This document shows positions 8,953 to 18,151 of a stretch of 30,000 bases of DNA, in pieces. Below the pieces are notes generated by a model. It was given only the letters and a program-made list of their open reading frames with translations, was not told the origin of the DNA and did no database searches. The stretch covers positions 23,266 to 53,265 of the forward strand of contig NZ_CACVAF010000013.1 of NCBI RefSeq assembly GCF_902726565.1. The letters run 5' to 3'. The position numbers were made by a program, and so were the translations under genes. The DNA comes from Yersinia vastinensis (lineage in GTDB: Bacteria > Pseudomonadota > Gammaproteobacteria > Enterobacterales > Enterobacteriaceae). How positions within the stretch are numbered: the stretch's first letter is position 1; each line of letters opens with the position of its first letter.

Positions 8953-10188
8953 ATGAGCCAGAGCAGGGCCTTTAATGCGCCATTTTTATTAGCTGCGATA
9001 AGTATATACCTAAGCTACTTTCTTCATGGGATCAGCGTTATCACGTTAGCGCAGAATATGACTCCATTGGCAGAAAAATTTAACACAGACAGTGCAGGAA
9101 TCGCCTATGTCATTTCCGGGATAGGTTTGGGGCGGCTCGTTTGTATCCTATTCTTCGGGGTCATCTCGGATAAGTTCGGTAGACGTTCGGTTATTTTCGT
9201 CGGCATTGCGTTATACATTCTATTTTTCTTTGGTATTCTCGCCAGTCCAAATCTGATCGTCGCATTTATTCTGGCATTTTGTGTTGGTGCCGCGAACGCA
9301 GCATTAGATACAGGCGGTTATCCTGCGTTGATGGAATGCTATCCTAAAACATCTGGGTCTGCTGTTATTCTGCTTAAAGCCACCATTTCCTTTGGGCAGA
9401 TGTTCTATCCAATGTTGGTTAGTTTCCTGATGGTGAGCCAGCTTTGGTTTGGTTATGCCATGGTGATTCCAGGTGTGTTATTTATTCTTGTCACATTATT
9501 AGTGGTCAAGAGTAAATTTCCCAGTCAGACAGTCGATGCTGCTATTGCCAAAGACTTGCCTCAGATGAACAGTAAACCACTGGCGTGGCTGGAAGGTGTC
9601 GCCTCCGTTATATTTGGTGTTGCTGCATTTTCAACGTTTTATGTCATCGTCGTTTGGATGCCAAAATATGCTATGGCTTTTGCAGGCATGGCAGAAGCGG
9701 ACGCATTAAAAACAATTTCTTACTATAGCTTGGGTTCATTACTGTGCGTATTTCTCTTTGCTTTCTTGTTGAAAAGCATGGTGCGCCCCGTCTGGGCCAA
9801 TGTGTTTAATACTGCGTTATCCGTTATAGCGGCTACCGTTATTTATCTGTATCCATCACCGCTGGTGTGTAATGTCGGCGCGTTCGTTATTGGTTTCTCT
9901 GCTGCGGGTGGAATATTACAGCTTGGTGTCTCAGTCATGTCTGAATTTTTCCCAAAAAGCAAAGCCAAAGTTACCAGCATATATATGATGATGGGAGGGT
10001 TGGCGAACTTTGTCATTCCTCTAGCTACCGGTTATTTATCTACTATCGGATTGCAATATATTATTCTGCTGGACATCGCATTTGCTCTTGTTGCTTTCGT
10101 CACCGCGATAGTCGTCTTTATTCGGTACTATAAAGTCTTCAAAATTCCGCAAAGTGATTTTCGTTTTGGTGAGCGATTCTTTCAATAA
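8953..10188 (+). CDS. ydiN: MFS transporter YdiN
   Basis: 411 aa, roughly 12 TM segments. It is a paralogue of the upstream YdiM, sharing the motifs GIGRL, SDKFGRRS and GFSAAGGILQLG. It occupies the ydiN position directly upstream of ydiB. An ACGGAGAA SD is present. Confidence 0.85.
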   Translation: MSQSRAFNAPFLLAAISIYLSYFLHGISVITLAQNMTPLAEKFNTDSAGIAYVISGIGLGRLVCILFFGVISDKFGRRSVIFVGIALYILFFFGILASPNLIVAFILAFCVGAANAALDTGGYPALMECYPKTSGSAVILLKATISFGQMFYPMLVSFLMVSQLWFGYAMVIPGVLFILVTLLVVKSKFPSQTVDAAIAKDLPQMNSKPLAWLEGVASVIFGVAAFSTFYVIVVWMPKYAMAFAGMAEADALKTISYYSLGSLLCVFLFAFLLKSMVRPVWANVFNTALSVIAATVIYLYPSPLVCNVGAFVIGFSAAGGILQLGVSVMSEFFPKSKAKVTSIYMMMGGLANFVIPLATGYLSTIGLQYIILLDIAFALVAFVTAIVVFIRYYKVFKIPQSDFRFGERFFQ

Positions 10189-10266
10189 GAATACTGCTTA
10201 TAAATAACAAGAGAAATATTAACTAAGTCAATTTTAATATACCTATTTTTTAGTGAGGAGTGACCA

Positions 10267-11133
10267 ATGGATGTTACTGCAAAATATGAGCTGATTGGAT
10301 TAATGGCGTATCCAATCAGACATAGTTTATCCCCTGAAATGCAGAATAAAGCATTGGAAGAGGTTGGGTTACCTTATACTTATATGGCTTTTGAGGTAGA
10401 TACTTCGACTTTTGGAAAAGCAATCGAAGGGTTGAAGGCATTAAAAATGCGCGGTACTGGCGTTTCCATGCCGAATAAACAGCTAGCATGCCAGTATGTC
10501 GATGAGTTAACCCCTGCAGCTAAATTGGTGGGTGCAATTAATACTATTGTTAATGATAACGGTTTCCTCAGAGGATATAACACTGACGGAACCGGGCATA
10601 TTAAAGCCATTAAAGAGACTGGCTTTGATATCAAGGGTAAAAAAATGGTTTTGGTTGGCGCGGGGGGGGCATCTACCGCGATTGGTGCACAAGCAGCGAT
10701 TGAAGGTATCAAAGAAATTATGCTGTTTAATCGGCGGGATGAGTTTTACGAAGAGGCTCTCGCTTTCGCTAAACGCGTTAATGATAATACCGATTGTGTC
10801 GTGACAGTAAATGACCTGGCTAACCAAAAGGCTTTTGCTAACGCGATTGCTAGTGCAGATATTCTGACGAATGGAACAAAAGTGGGCATGAAGCCACTGG
10901 AAAATGAATGCATCGTTAGTGATATCTCTATGCTGCGCCCCGAACTCCTTGTTTCGGAATGTGTTTACAATCCTCATATGACTAAGCTATTACAGATGGC
11001 CATGGAGGCGGGATGTAAAACTGTTGATGGGTATGGAATGTTATTATGGCAAGGAGCCGAACAGTTTAAGCTTTGGACCGGAAAAGAGTTCCCATTGGAA
11101 TATGTTAAAAAGGTTATGGGATTCAATGCGTAA
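10267..11133 (+). CDS. ydiB: Quinate/shikimate 5-dehydrogenase, NAD(P)-dependent
   Basis: 288 aa. The first roughly 30 residues ([31 protein letters not shown]) match my recollection of E. coli YdiB, and the rest is colinear ([19 protein letters not shown]). A GAGGAG SD is present. Confidence 0.95.
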   Translation: MDVTAKYELIGLMAYPIRHSLSPEMQNKALEEVGLPYTYMAFEVDTSTFGKAIEGLKALKMRGTGVSMPNKQLACQYVDELTPAAKLVGAINTIVNDNGFLRGYNTDGTGHIKAIKETGFDIKGKKMVLVGAGGASTAIGAQAAIEGIKEIMLFNRRDEFYEEALAFAKRVNDNTDCVVTVNDLANQKAFANAIASADILTNGTKVGMKPLENECIVSDISMLRPELLVSECVYNPHMTKLLQMAMEAGCKTVDGYGMLLWQGAEQFKLWTGKEFPLEYVKKVMGFNA

Positions 11134-11194
11134 CTGACTATTCGGGAATATACTGACTAACGTCGGTTGTCAGGCATTAATGGAAGGGAAAAGA

Positions 11195-11953
11195 ATGAAA
11201 ACGGTAACAGTGAAAAATCTGGTCATTGGCGAGGGTGCCCCCAAAATCATCGTGTCATTGATGGGAAAAAATGCCTCTGCGGTTAAGTCAGAAGCGCAAT
11301 ATTACCAAGAGTTTGACTTTGATATTCTAGAATGGCGTATAGATCATTTTGATGATGTGAAAAATATCGAGAGTATTATCGACGCGGCACACCAGCTCAG
11401 AACTATTATTCACAATAAACCGATTCTCTTTACCTTCCGCACAGCGAAAGAAGGGGGAGAGAAAGAAATATCATCCACAGATTATCTCTCCTTAAACAGA
11501 AAGATGATTGATAGTGGCTTGGTTGACATGATTGACTTGGAGCTTTTTACTGGTGACCAAGAAGTCAGTGCGACGATAGCATATGCACATGCTAAAGGTA
11601 TTAAAGTTATCATGTCTAATCATGATTTCCATAAAACACCGCCCAAAGACGAAATTGTTAAACGTCTACGAAAAATGCAAGAACTCGGAGCCGATATACC
11701 TAAAATTGCATTAATGCCGCAAAATAAAAGCGATGTTATGACGTTGTTGGCTGCGACATTGGAAATGTATGAGCAATATGCAGATCGCCCCATCATTACA
11801 ATGTCAATGTCGAAGCTTGGCATTATTTCACGATTATCAGGTGAGGTCTTTGGTTCGGCGGCAACCTTTGGGGCACTAAAAAAAGCATCAGCCCCCGGGC
11901 AGATAGATATTAAAGAGTTAAGATCTGTTTTAACGACAATACATCAGTCATAA
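11195..11953 (+). CDS. aroD: 3-dehydroquinate dehydratase, type I
   Basis: 252 aa starting at [25 protein letters not shown], matching the E. coli AroD N-terminus. Conserved stretches include [17 protein letters not shown], and the active-site Lys context [10 protein letters not shown] trimmed the track ORF (start 11180) to the ATG at 11195, which follows GGAAGGGAAAAGA. Confidence 0.93.
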   Translation: MKTVTVKNLVIGEGAPKIIVSLMGKNASAVKSEAQYYQEFDFDILEWRIDHFDDVKNIESIIDAAHQLRTIIHNKPILFTFRTAKEGGEKEISSTDYLSLNRKMIDSGLVDMIDLELFTGDQEVSATIAYAHAKGIKVIMSNHDFHKTPPKDEIVKRLRKMQELGADIPKIALMPQNKSDVMTLLAATLEMYEQYADRPIITMSMSKLGIISRLSGEVFGSAATFGALKKASAPGQIDIKELRSVLTTIHQS

Positions 11954-11970
11954 ATTCATATTTATTTAAA

Positions 11971-12003
11971 GTTATTCAGGAACTATTTCGGTTTCTGAAT
12001 AAC
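11971..12003 (+). terminator. Hairpin downstream of aroD (possible partial terminator/processing site)
   Basis: A 9-bp stem, GTTATTCAG (11971-11979) pairing with CTGAATAAC (11995-12003), has a 15-nt loop and no U-tract. Confidence 0.35.
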
Positions 12004-12097
12004 CATCCCTATCTGAATTTTATTTACAGCACCTTGAGGTGAGGATGTGCTTCATCTGTAGGATGGAAAATAAATTTAGTGATAATTAGGAGTACCT

Positions 12098-13690
12098 ATG
12101 AAACTGGATAAACCGAAAAGAGTTAATGGTCGGGTTCCCGTTTTATCCGCGGAGGATGCAGTAAAATATATTCCGGATGAAGCGACACTCTGTGTATTAG
12201 GTGCAGGTGGTGGGATTCTGGAAGCAACAACTTTAATAACAGCACTATCAGAACAATATAAAAATACACAGTCGCCACGTAATTTATCTTTAATTAGTCC
12301 CACCGGATTGGGCGATCGCGCAGAACGAGGAATTAGTCCACTGGCTCAGGAAGGGTTGGTTAAATGGGCACTTTGTGGCCATTGGGGACAATCACCACGT
12401 ATTTCTGACTTGGCTGAACAAAATAAGATTAGCGCCTATAACTATCCGCAAGGCGTTTTGACTCAGGTTCTTCGTGCCTCTGCCGCTCACCAGCCAGGTA
12501 TTTTAACTAATATTGGGATTGGCACATTTGTTGATCCACGCCAGCAAGGTGGAAAACTGAATGAAGTGACAAAAGAAGAACTGATTAAACTGATCGAAAT
12601 TGATAATCAGGAATATCTCTTTTATAAGGCCATAGCGCCGACAGTGGCTTTTATTCGTGCCACAACCTGTGACAGTGAAGGTTACGCTTCTTTTGAAGAT
12701 GAAGTGATGTATCTAGATGCCTTGGTTATCGCGCAGGCAGTGCATAACAATGGCGGCATTGTCATGATGCAAGTGCAGAAGATGGTCAAAAAAGCGACGC
12801 TTCATCCAAAATCCGTCAGAATACCCGGCTATCTGGTCGATATCGTGGTTGTCGATCCAGCACAAACTCAACTCTATGGTGGTGCACCGGTTAACCGTTT
12901 TATTTCCGGCGATTTTGTCTTGGATGACAGCACTAAGATGGCGATTCCACTGAACCAACGCAAACTGGTTGCCCGCCGTGCACTGTTTGAAATGCGTAAA
13001 GGGGCTGTCGGAAATGTGGGGGTCGGTATTGCAGATGGCATTGGCCTAGTTGCCAGAGAAGAAGGCTGCGCTGATGATTTTGTATTAACCGTGGAAACCG
13101 GCCCCATTGGCGGCATTACGACACAAGGTGTTGCTTTTGGTGCCAATGTGAATACCCGAGCCATTCTGGACATGACCTCGCAGTTTGATTTTTATCACGG
13201 TGGTGGGTTGGATGTTTGTTATTTGAGTTTTGCTGAAATAGATCAACAGGGCAATGTCGGCGTTCATAAATTTAATGGCAAAATTATGGGGACGGGCGGT
13301 TTTATTGATATTAGCGCTACCTCTAAAAAAATAATATTCTGCGGAACATTAACTGCAGGCAGCCTGAAAACTGAGGTCGGTGATGGAACGCTGAAAATAA
13401 TTCAGGAAGGGCGAGTTAAAAAATTCATTAAAGAAATACCAGAAATTACGTTCAGCGGGAAAATTGCTTTAGAGCGTGGTTTAGATGTGCGTTATATCAC
13501 TGAGCGAGCGGTATTTACCTTAAAAGAAGACGGATTACACTTGGTTGAAATTGCCCCCGGTGTTGATTTAGAAAGGGATATATTATCTCAAATGGATTTC
13601 AAGCCGATAATATCCACTGATCTGAAATTAATGGATGAACGGATGTTTTACGATAACGTCATGGGATTTGTTTTGTCTGATGATAAATAA
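12098..13690 (+). CDS. ydiF: Acyl-CoA:acetate/short-chain acid CoA-transferase (family I, fused alpha-beta)
   Basis: 530 aa (E. coli YdiF is 531 aa) with a fused CoA-transferase architecture. It holds the ydiF position between aroD and ydiO. A TAGGAG SD is present. Confidence 0.9.
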   Translation: MKLDKPKRVNGRVPVLSAEDAVKYIPDEATLCVLGAGGGILEATTLITALSEQYKNTQSPRNLSLISPTGLGDRAERGISPLAQEGLVKWALCGHWGQSPRISDLAEQNKISAYNYPQGVLTQVLRASAAHQPGILTNIGIGTFVDPRQQGGKLNEVTKEELIKLIEIDNQEYLFYKAIAPTVAFIRATTCDSEGYASFEDEVMYLDALVIAQAVHNNGGIVMMQVQKMVKKATLHPKSVRIPGYLVDIVVVDPAQTQLYGGAPVNRFISGDFVLDDSTKMAIPLNQRKLVARRALFEMRKGAVGNVGVGIADGIGLVAREEGCADDFVLTVETGPIGGITTQGVAFGANVNTRAILDMTSQFDFYHGGGLDVCYLSFAEIDQQGNVGVHKFNGKIMGTGGFIDISATSKKIIFCGTLTAGSLKTEVGDGTLKIIQEGRVKKFIKEIPEITFSGKIALERGLDVRYITERAVFTLKEDGLHLVEIAPGVDLERDILSQMDFKPIISTDLKLMDERMFYDNVMGFVLSDDK

Positions 13691-13708
13691 AATAGGGGAG
13701 TGAAGAGT

Positions 13709-14860
13709 ATGGACTTTAGCTTAACCGAAGAGCAAGAGTTATTGCTGGCGAGTATTCGGGAACTCATTACTAATGACTTCCCTGAAGAGTATTTCAGAAC
13801 CTGTGATCAAACCGGAACTTATCCTAAAGAATTTATGAGGGCGTTATCGGATAATGGTATTTCTCTGTTAGGCGTACCAGAAGAATATAACGGGATCCCG
13901 GCTGATTATGTCACGCAAATGCTGGCACTCATGGAGGTTTCAAAGTGTGGTGCGCCAGCATTTCTGATTACTAATGGCCAGTGTATTCACAGTATGATGC
14001 GTTTTGGTTCACCGGAACAATTGCGGAAAACAGCAGAAAGTACATTGGCAACGGGTGATCCAGCTTATGCGCTGGCGCTGACTGAACCCGGTGCCGGTTC
14101 GGATAATAACAGTGCGACGACAAGTTACACACGCAAGAATGGCAAAGTGTATTTGAACGGCCAGAAGACTTTTATTACCGGGGCGAAAGAATACCCTTAT
14201 ATGCTGGTACTGGCGCGAGATCCTGAACCTAAAGATCCGAAAAAGGCATTTACACTTTGGTGGGTAGAGTCAAATCGGCCGGGTATTAAAATCAATCCAT
14301 TACATAAAATTGGCTGGCACATGCTGAGTACCTGCGAAGTCTATCTCGATAATGTCGAAGTCGATGAAAGCGATATGGTCGGCGAAGAGGGAATGGGTTT
14401 CCTGAATGTCATGTACAACTTTGAAATGGAGCGCTTGATCAATGCTGCCCGCAGTACCGGTTTTGCTGAATGTGCTTTTGAAGATGCAGCAAAATATGCT
14501 AACCAGCGTATTCAATTTGGTAAGCCAATTGGGCACAACCAGATGATTCAGGAAAAACTGGTTCTAATGGCAGTAAAAATCGAAAATATGCGAAATATGG
14601 TGCTGAAAGTCGCATGGCAGGCTGATATGCATCAGTCATTAAGAACCAGTGCAGCATTGTGTAAATTGTATTGTGCTCGCACTGCTCTTGAAGTTATTGA
14701 TGACGCGATACAGATTATGGGAGGGTTGGGCTATACCGATGATGCGCGAGTTTCCCGTTTCTGGCGTGACGTGCGTTGTGAGCGAATTGGTGGCGGAACC
14801 GATGAGATTATGATTTATATTGCTGGCCGCCAAATCTTGAAAGATTACCAAAATAAATAG
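13709..14860 (+). CDS. ydiO: Acyl-CoA dehydrogenase / putative enoyl-CoA reductase
   Basis: 383 aa starting at MDFSLTEEQELLLASIRELIT, which matches the E. coli YdiO N-terminus and length. ACAD motifs are present (TEPGAGSD, ...ERIGGGTDEIM). The ATG at 13709 lies 8 nt after AGGGGAG; the track start (GTG at 13700) falls inside that SD. Confidence 0.93.
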   Translation: MDFSLTEEQELLLASIRELITNDFPEEYFRTCDQTGTYPKEFMRALSDNGISLLGVPEEYNGIPADYVTQMLALMEVSKCGAPAFLITNGQCIHSMMRFGSPEQLRKTAESTLATGDPAYALALTEPGAGSDNNSATTSYTRKNGKVYLNGQKTFITGAKEYPYMLVLARDPEPKDPKKAFTLWWVESNRPGIKINPLHKIGWHMLSTCEVYLDNVEVDESDMVGEEGMGFLNVMYNFEMERLINAARSTGFAECAFEDAAKYANQRIQFGKPIGHNQMIQEKLVLMAVKIENMRNMVLKVAWQADMHQSLRTSAALCKLYCARTALEVIDDAIQIMGGLGYTDDARVSRFWRDVRCERIGGGTDEIMIYIAGRQILKDYQNK

Positions 14861-14871
14861 TCACTTTTAGC

Positions 14872-14903
14872 AATCCGTTCACATTTTCAGATGTGAACGG
14901 ATT
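14872..14903. terminator. Bidirectional hairpin terminator between convergent ydiO and ydiP
   Basis: A perfect 13-bp stem, AATCCGTTCACAT (14872-14884) pairing with ATGTGAACGGATT (14891-14903), has a 6-nt loop. The flanking U-tracts are weak. Confidence 0.65.
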
Positions 14904-14940
14904 GAGCTTAATATAAGACTATTTAGGTTTGCTGCCAGTC

Positions 14941-15840
14941 TCAGGTTAACATTTCAGTGCGTTCACTAAATTCCGATATATATTCCCCTTTGTTAAGATG
15001 GCTTTTGAACTGTTTTCGGTATTCTGAAGGGGAGCAGCCGACATGCCGAATAAATAATTTTGTGAAATGGTCGACATTCTCGTAGCCGACGCGGAAAGAA
15101 ATTTCGTTTAGACATAATTCGGTATTGGTTAACGCAAACTTAGCTTCTGTTATTCGGCGCTTAATGACATAGTTTATCGGTGAGATACGATACTCTTTAC
15201 TGAATTCATGGCAGATATAACTCACACTGGCTCGAAATTTTTTCGCTAACTGTTCTAGAGTTATTTTTTCTCTATAGTTATTGTTTAAATAAATAAGAAT
15301 GTCTTTTACTAATATGTCTTTGATAATATTTCCGGTGTTGGTTCGGTAGGCACTTTTGAAGTTTTCGTAGAAGATAACGGTAAGAAGATAACCAAAGGCA
15401 TCATAGACTGAGGAGGAAAGGCTCTCTTCTTGCTGAGGTAATAACAGACTGATTTCATGTATGACATCTTTATTTTTAACCGCTGAAACCACAGGGTAGG
15501 AATTGGGCTGCATTAATCGATTATCTTCCAACCCGTTTATTTTGAAACCATATACGGCGCAGGCGTAGGTCGTCGCGGGTGAGGTTGTATCAGAGGCCAA
15601 AGCATGCAGGCAACCGCGTTCGATAACAATAATATCGCCAGCTTGTGCAACATAATTAGATGAGTCGATGGTCAGTTTGACGACGCCTTTTTTGACGTAA
15701 ATAAGTTCGGTCTCGGTTTCATGCACATGATGGCCTGATTCCCAATTTGGATCATCACTAATGACATATCTGGAGAGTTTTGGCGTGAGTCCATTTTCAA
15801 AAATGGCATCTGCCTTATTATCAAAACAGCGTTGATACAT
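14941..15840 (-). CDS. ydiP: AraC-family transcriptional regulator
   Basis: 299 aa from MYQRCFDN..., the N-terminus I recall for E. coli YdiP. It has a cupin-like N-terminal domain and a C-terminal AraC HTH (SVSYICHEFSKEYRISPINYVIKRR..., GYENVDHFTKLFIRHVGCSPSEYR). I trimmed the TTG-initiated track ORF to the ATG at 15840. Confidence 0.9.
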   Translation of the reverse strand: MYQRCFDNKADAIFENGLTPKLSRYVISDDPNWESGHHVHETETELIYVKKGVVKLTIDSSNYVAQAGDIIVIERGCLHALASDTTSPATTYACAVYGFKINGLEDNRLMQPNSYPVVSAVKNKDVIHEISLLLPQQEESLSSSVYDAFGYLLTVIFYENFKSAYRTNTGNIIKDILVKDILIYLNNNYREKITLEQLAKKFRASVSYICHEFSKEYRISPINYVIKRRITEAKFALTNTELCLNEISFRVGYENVDHFTKLFIRHVGCSPSEYRKQFKSHLNKGEYISEFSERTEMLT

Positions 15841-16138
15841 GGCTACTTCCCTATTTAACGATGAGATGAAACCGTCATTTTCAAGCAACTGATGACAAGA
15901 TATACCACGAATTTAGCATACCAAAACAAGATTATTTGTGCGCTGTGCAAGATAATACGTCAGCAATTAGATGGTTAAAGAATTGAATGCTTGCCGATAA
16001 TTTATCATTTTATTTGTTATTCTCTCATCTGATTTGACCTGTAAGACACATAGTTAACACACTGAATTTACATCGTGCTGCGGATTTCGCTCCTTCTCAC
16101 AGCTAATAATGAGAATTTCCTTAAACATACATTCTATC

Positions 16139-16154
16139 TTTGATAAATATCACA
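16139..16154. promoter_or_regulatory. FNR/CRP-like dyad in the ydiP-ydiQ divergent spacer
   Basis: The sequence TTTGATAAATATCACA can be read two ways. As TTGAT-N4-ATCAC it matches 9 of 10 positions of the FNR consensus TTGAT-N4-ATCAA. As TTTGA-N6-TCACA it matches 9 of 10 positions of the CRP core TGTGA-N6-TCACA. It lies about 235 bp upstream of the ydiQ ATG. Confidence 0.4.
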
Positions 16155-16388
16155 CATTTCTTTCCCTGTTTGATTTCATGTGGTAGCGCACAAACCGCTA
16201 TTATTTTATTTTTATATATTCACGGCGCTGCAAGTAAAAATAAATTATTACCGCACTGATATATTCCTCATGTTTTTTTTGCAAGATAGTTGGTAACTAA
16301 AACATATTATCATGTCGTTATTTCCTTGCCAGAGTATCAATATATTCTCATTAAACTTATATATCCGTTTGAGATAATAGGAAATACG

Positions 16389-17153
16389 ATGAAAATAATA
16401 ACCTGTTTTAAGTTAGTCCCCGAAGAGCAAGACATTGTCGTGACTGCCGACCATAAGCTCAATTTTGATCGTGCTGACCCTAAAATCAGCCAATTTGATC
16501 TCAATGCAGTAGAAGCAGCGATGCAATTATCAGGTGATGATGGTCAAGTCATCGCACTCAGTGCAGGAGGGCCCTATTTAGAAAATACGAAAGTACGCAA
16601 AGATGTATTGTCACGTGGCCCTCATGAACTGTATTTACTGCAAGATGCATCTCTGGAATTTGCACTACCTAAAGACACAGCTCAGGCATTGGCGAGTGCG
16701 GCCAGTAAAATCGGATTTGATCTGATGCTGTTTGGCGAAGGTTCTGGTGATGTGTACGCCCAGCAGGTTGGGTTATTGGTGGGTGAAATGCTGCAGCTTC
16801 CTACTGTCAATGCTGTCAGTAATATTCAGGTGCTGGATGGTCGAGTCCTGATAGAACGCACTTTGGAAGATGAAATAGAGGTGTTGGAGTTGTCACTTCC
16901 GGCGGTACTTTGCGTCACCTCTGACATCAATGTGCCTAAAGTCCCTTCCATGAAAGCTATCCTCGGTGCAGGGAAAAAACCAGTAACACACTGGAAAGCG
17001 AGCGACATTGATTGGACACCTAGCCAACCTTATACCGAGATGGCCAATATTCAAGTCCCCCCACAAGCCGAACGCAAGCACATCATTATTGAAAATGATT
17101 CACCAGATTCCATTGCTGAACTGGCCGAGCATTTGAAGAAAGTACTGAACTAA
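16389..17153 (+). CDS. ydiQ: Electron-transfer flavoprotein beta subunit (FixA-like)
   Basis: 254 aa from MKIITCFKLVPEEQDI..., the same length as E. coli YdiQ, with the ETF-beta fold pattern. I trimmed the track ORF (16290) to the ATG at 16389. Confidence 0.9.
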   Translation: MKIITCFKLVPEEQDIVVTADHKLNFDRADPKISQFDLNAVEAAMQLSGDDGQVIALSAGGPYLENTKVRKDVLSRGPHELYLLQDASLEFALPKDTAQALASAASKIGFDLMLFGEGSGDVYAQQVGLLVGEMLQLPTVNAVSNIQVLDGRVLIERTLEDEIEVLELSLPAVLCVTSDINVPKVPSMKAILGAGKKPVTHWKASDIDWTPSQPYTEMANIQVPPQAERKHIIIENDSPDSIAELAEHLKKVLN

Positions 17154-17175
17154 CCCAATACGGAGAGAAAAGATC

Positions 17176-18129
17176 ATGAGCAAATTAAATAATGTATGGG
17201 TGTTCAGCGACAATCTTGATCGCTACGCCGAATTATTAGCTGGTGCTCGCCAGTGGGGAGAGCAGGTCAACGTCTTGGTACTGGGTGGTGAAAATACTCC
17301 ATCCATTAAACCTCTGGGAGCGGACGCGCTCTATGTTTTGGCAGAGAAGTCTGCGCTACAGCGGGTAGAGAATTATGCTGAAACGTTGGTTTCTCTCATT
17401 GAGAAACCAACGGCGCAACAAACGCCTGCCACATTGATTTTGATGTCAGCAACTAAGCGTGGTAAAGCACTGGCGGCCCGTTTAGGCGTTTTACTCGAAG
17501 CGGCGGTGGTCAATGATGTCACGTCATTATCCGTTGGCGATGAAGGTACTTTTGCTGAACACCGGATGTATGGCGGGCTGGCATTTGGTAGAGAGAAAAT
17601 TATGACGCCGATAGCTATTGTGACGCTTGCGCCCGGTGTCATCGAACCCATAGCGGCAGATCAATCCCATGATTGCACCATCCATCAAGCAAATTATGTC
17701 GCTCCTCGTCAGGAAATCTTGTGCAAAGAACGCCGTGCCAAATCTTTGAGTAGTGTTGATTTGAGTAAGGCCAAACGTGTTGTCGGGGTAGGGCGTGGCT
17801 TGGTCTCTCAAGCTGACCTCAATATGGTTCAAGAGCTGGCAACAGTGCTAGGTGCCGAAATGGGGTGTTCGCGCCCCATCGCTGAAGGTGAACATTGGAT
17901 GGAGCGTGAACGTTACATTGGGGTGTCCGGTGTCTTGCTTAAGTCTGATCTTTACCTGACGTTGGGTATTTCCGGCCAGATTCAACATATGGTTGGGGGC
18001 AATGGTGCGAAAACTATTATTGCCATTAATAAAGATAAAAACGCGCCTATTTTCAAATATGCCGACTACGGCTTGGTTGGGGACATTTACAAAGTGGTTC
18101 CTGCCCTTATTGAGCAATTGACCCGTTAA
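17176..18129 (+). CDS. ydiR: Electron-transfer flavoprotein alpha subunit (FixB-like)
   Basis: 317 aa with a C-terminal FAD-binding ETF-alpha signature (GVSGVLLKSDLYLTLGISGQIQHMVG, IIAINKDKNAPIF). It begins 22 nt after ydiQ and has a GGAGAG SD. Confidence 0.92.
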   Translation: MSKLNNVWVFSDNLDRYAELLAGARQWGEQVNVLVLGGENTPSIKPLGADALYVLAEKSALQRVENYAETLVSLIEKPTAQQTPATLILMSATKRGKALAARLGVLLEAAVVNDVTSLSVGDEGTFAEHRMYGGLAFGREKIMTPIAIVTLAPGVIEPIAADQSHDCTIHQANYVAPRQEILCKERRAKSLSSVDLSKAKRVVGVGRGLVSQADLNMVQELATVLGAEMGCSRPIAEGEHWMERERYIGVSGVLLKSDLYLTLGISGQIQHMVGGNGAKTIIAINKDKNAPIFKYADYGLVGDIYKVVPALIEQLTR

Positions 18130-18151
18130 GCCTGGATAGGGAGTCAAAGCA

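Noticed and set aside
10507-10977. 156-aa minus-strand ORF (and 10380-10712 and 10532-10804) inside ydiB
   Set aside because: It is antisense or out of frame relative to a gene whose product matches E. coli YdiB almost residue for residue. It is a spurious frame.
12874-13173. 99-aa minus-strand ORF and neighbours (12713-12958, 13085-13267) inside ydiF, and similar antisense ORFs inside ydiR/ydiS (17373-18433, 18457-19515) and fadK (20474-20830)
   Set aside because: All are nested antisense or out of frame within well-supported conserved genes. Their Pro/Ala/Ser/Arg-rich composition is typical of the reverse frames of GC-richer genes.
8523-15960. Recurrent heptamer TGTGCAA (about 8523, about 8544, and about 15945 in the ydiP-ydiQ spacer) as a shared regulator motif
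   Set aside because: Three copies of a 7-mer across about 1.7 kb of AT-rich spacers is within chance expectation. I mention it only under the LysR finding as something to test.
16290-16388. 5' extensions of track ORFs (16290-16388 ydiQ, 1357-1422 agaE, 2129-2209 agaW, 11180-11194 aroD, 13700-13708 ydiO, 15841-15888 ydiP, 19821-19847 fadK, 28001-28036 ychH)
   Set aside because: In each case an internal start codon reproduces the N-terminus and length of the E. coli orthologue (for agaW, the full-length ~259-aa AgaW of non-K-12 E. coli). Every case except ydiQ and fadK also has a better-placed SD or translational coupling to the upstream gene's stop. The extensions would overlap upstream genes or run into promoter DNA.
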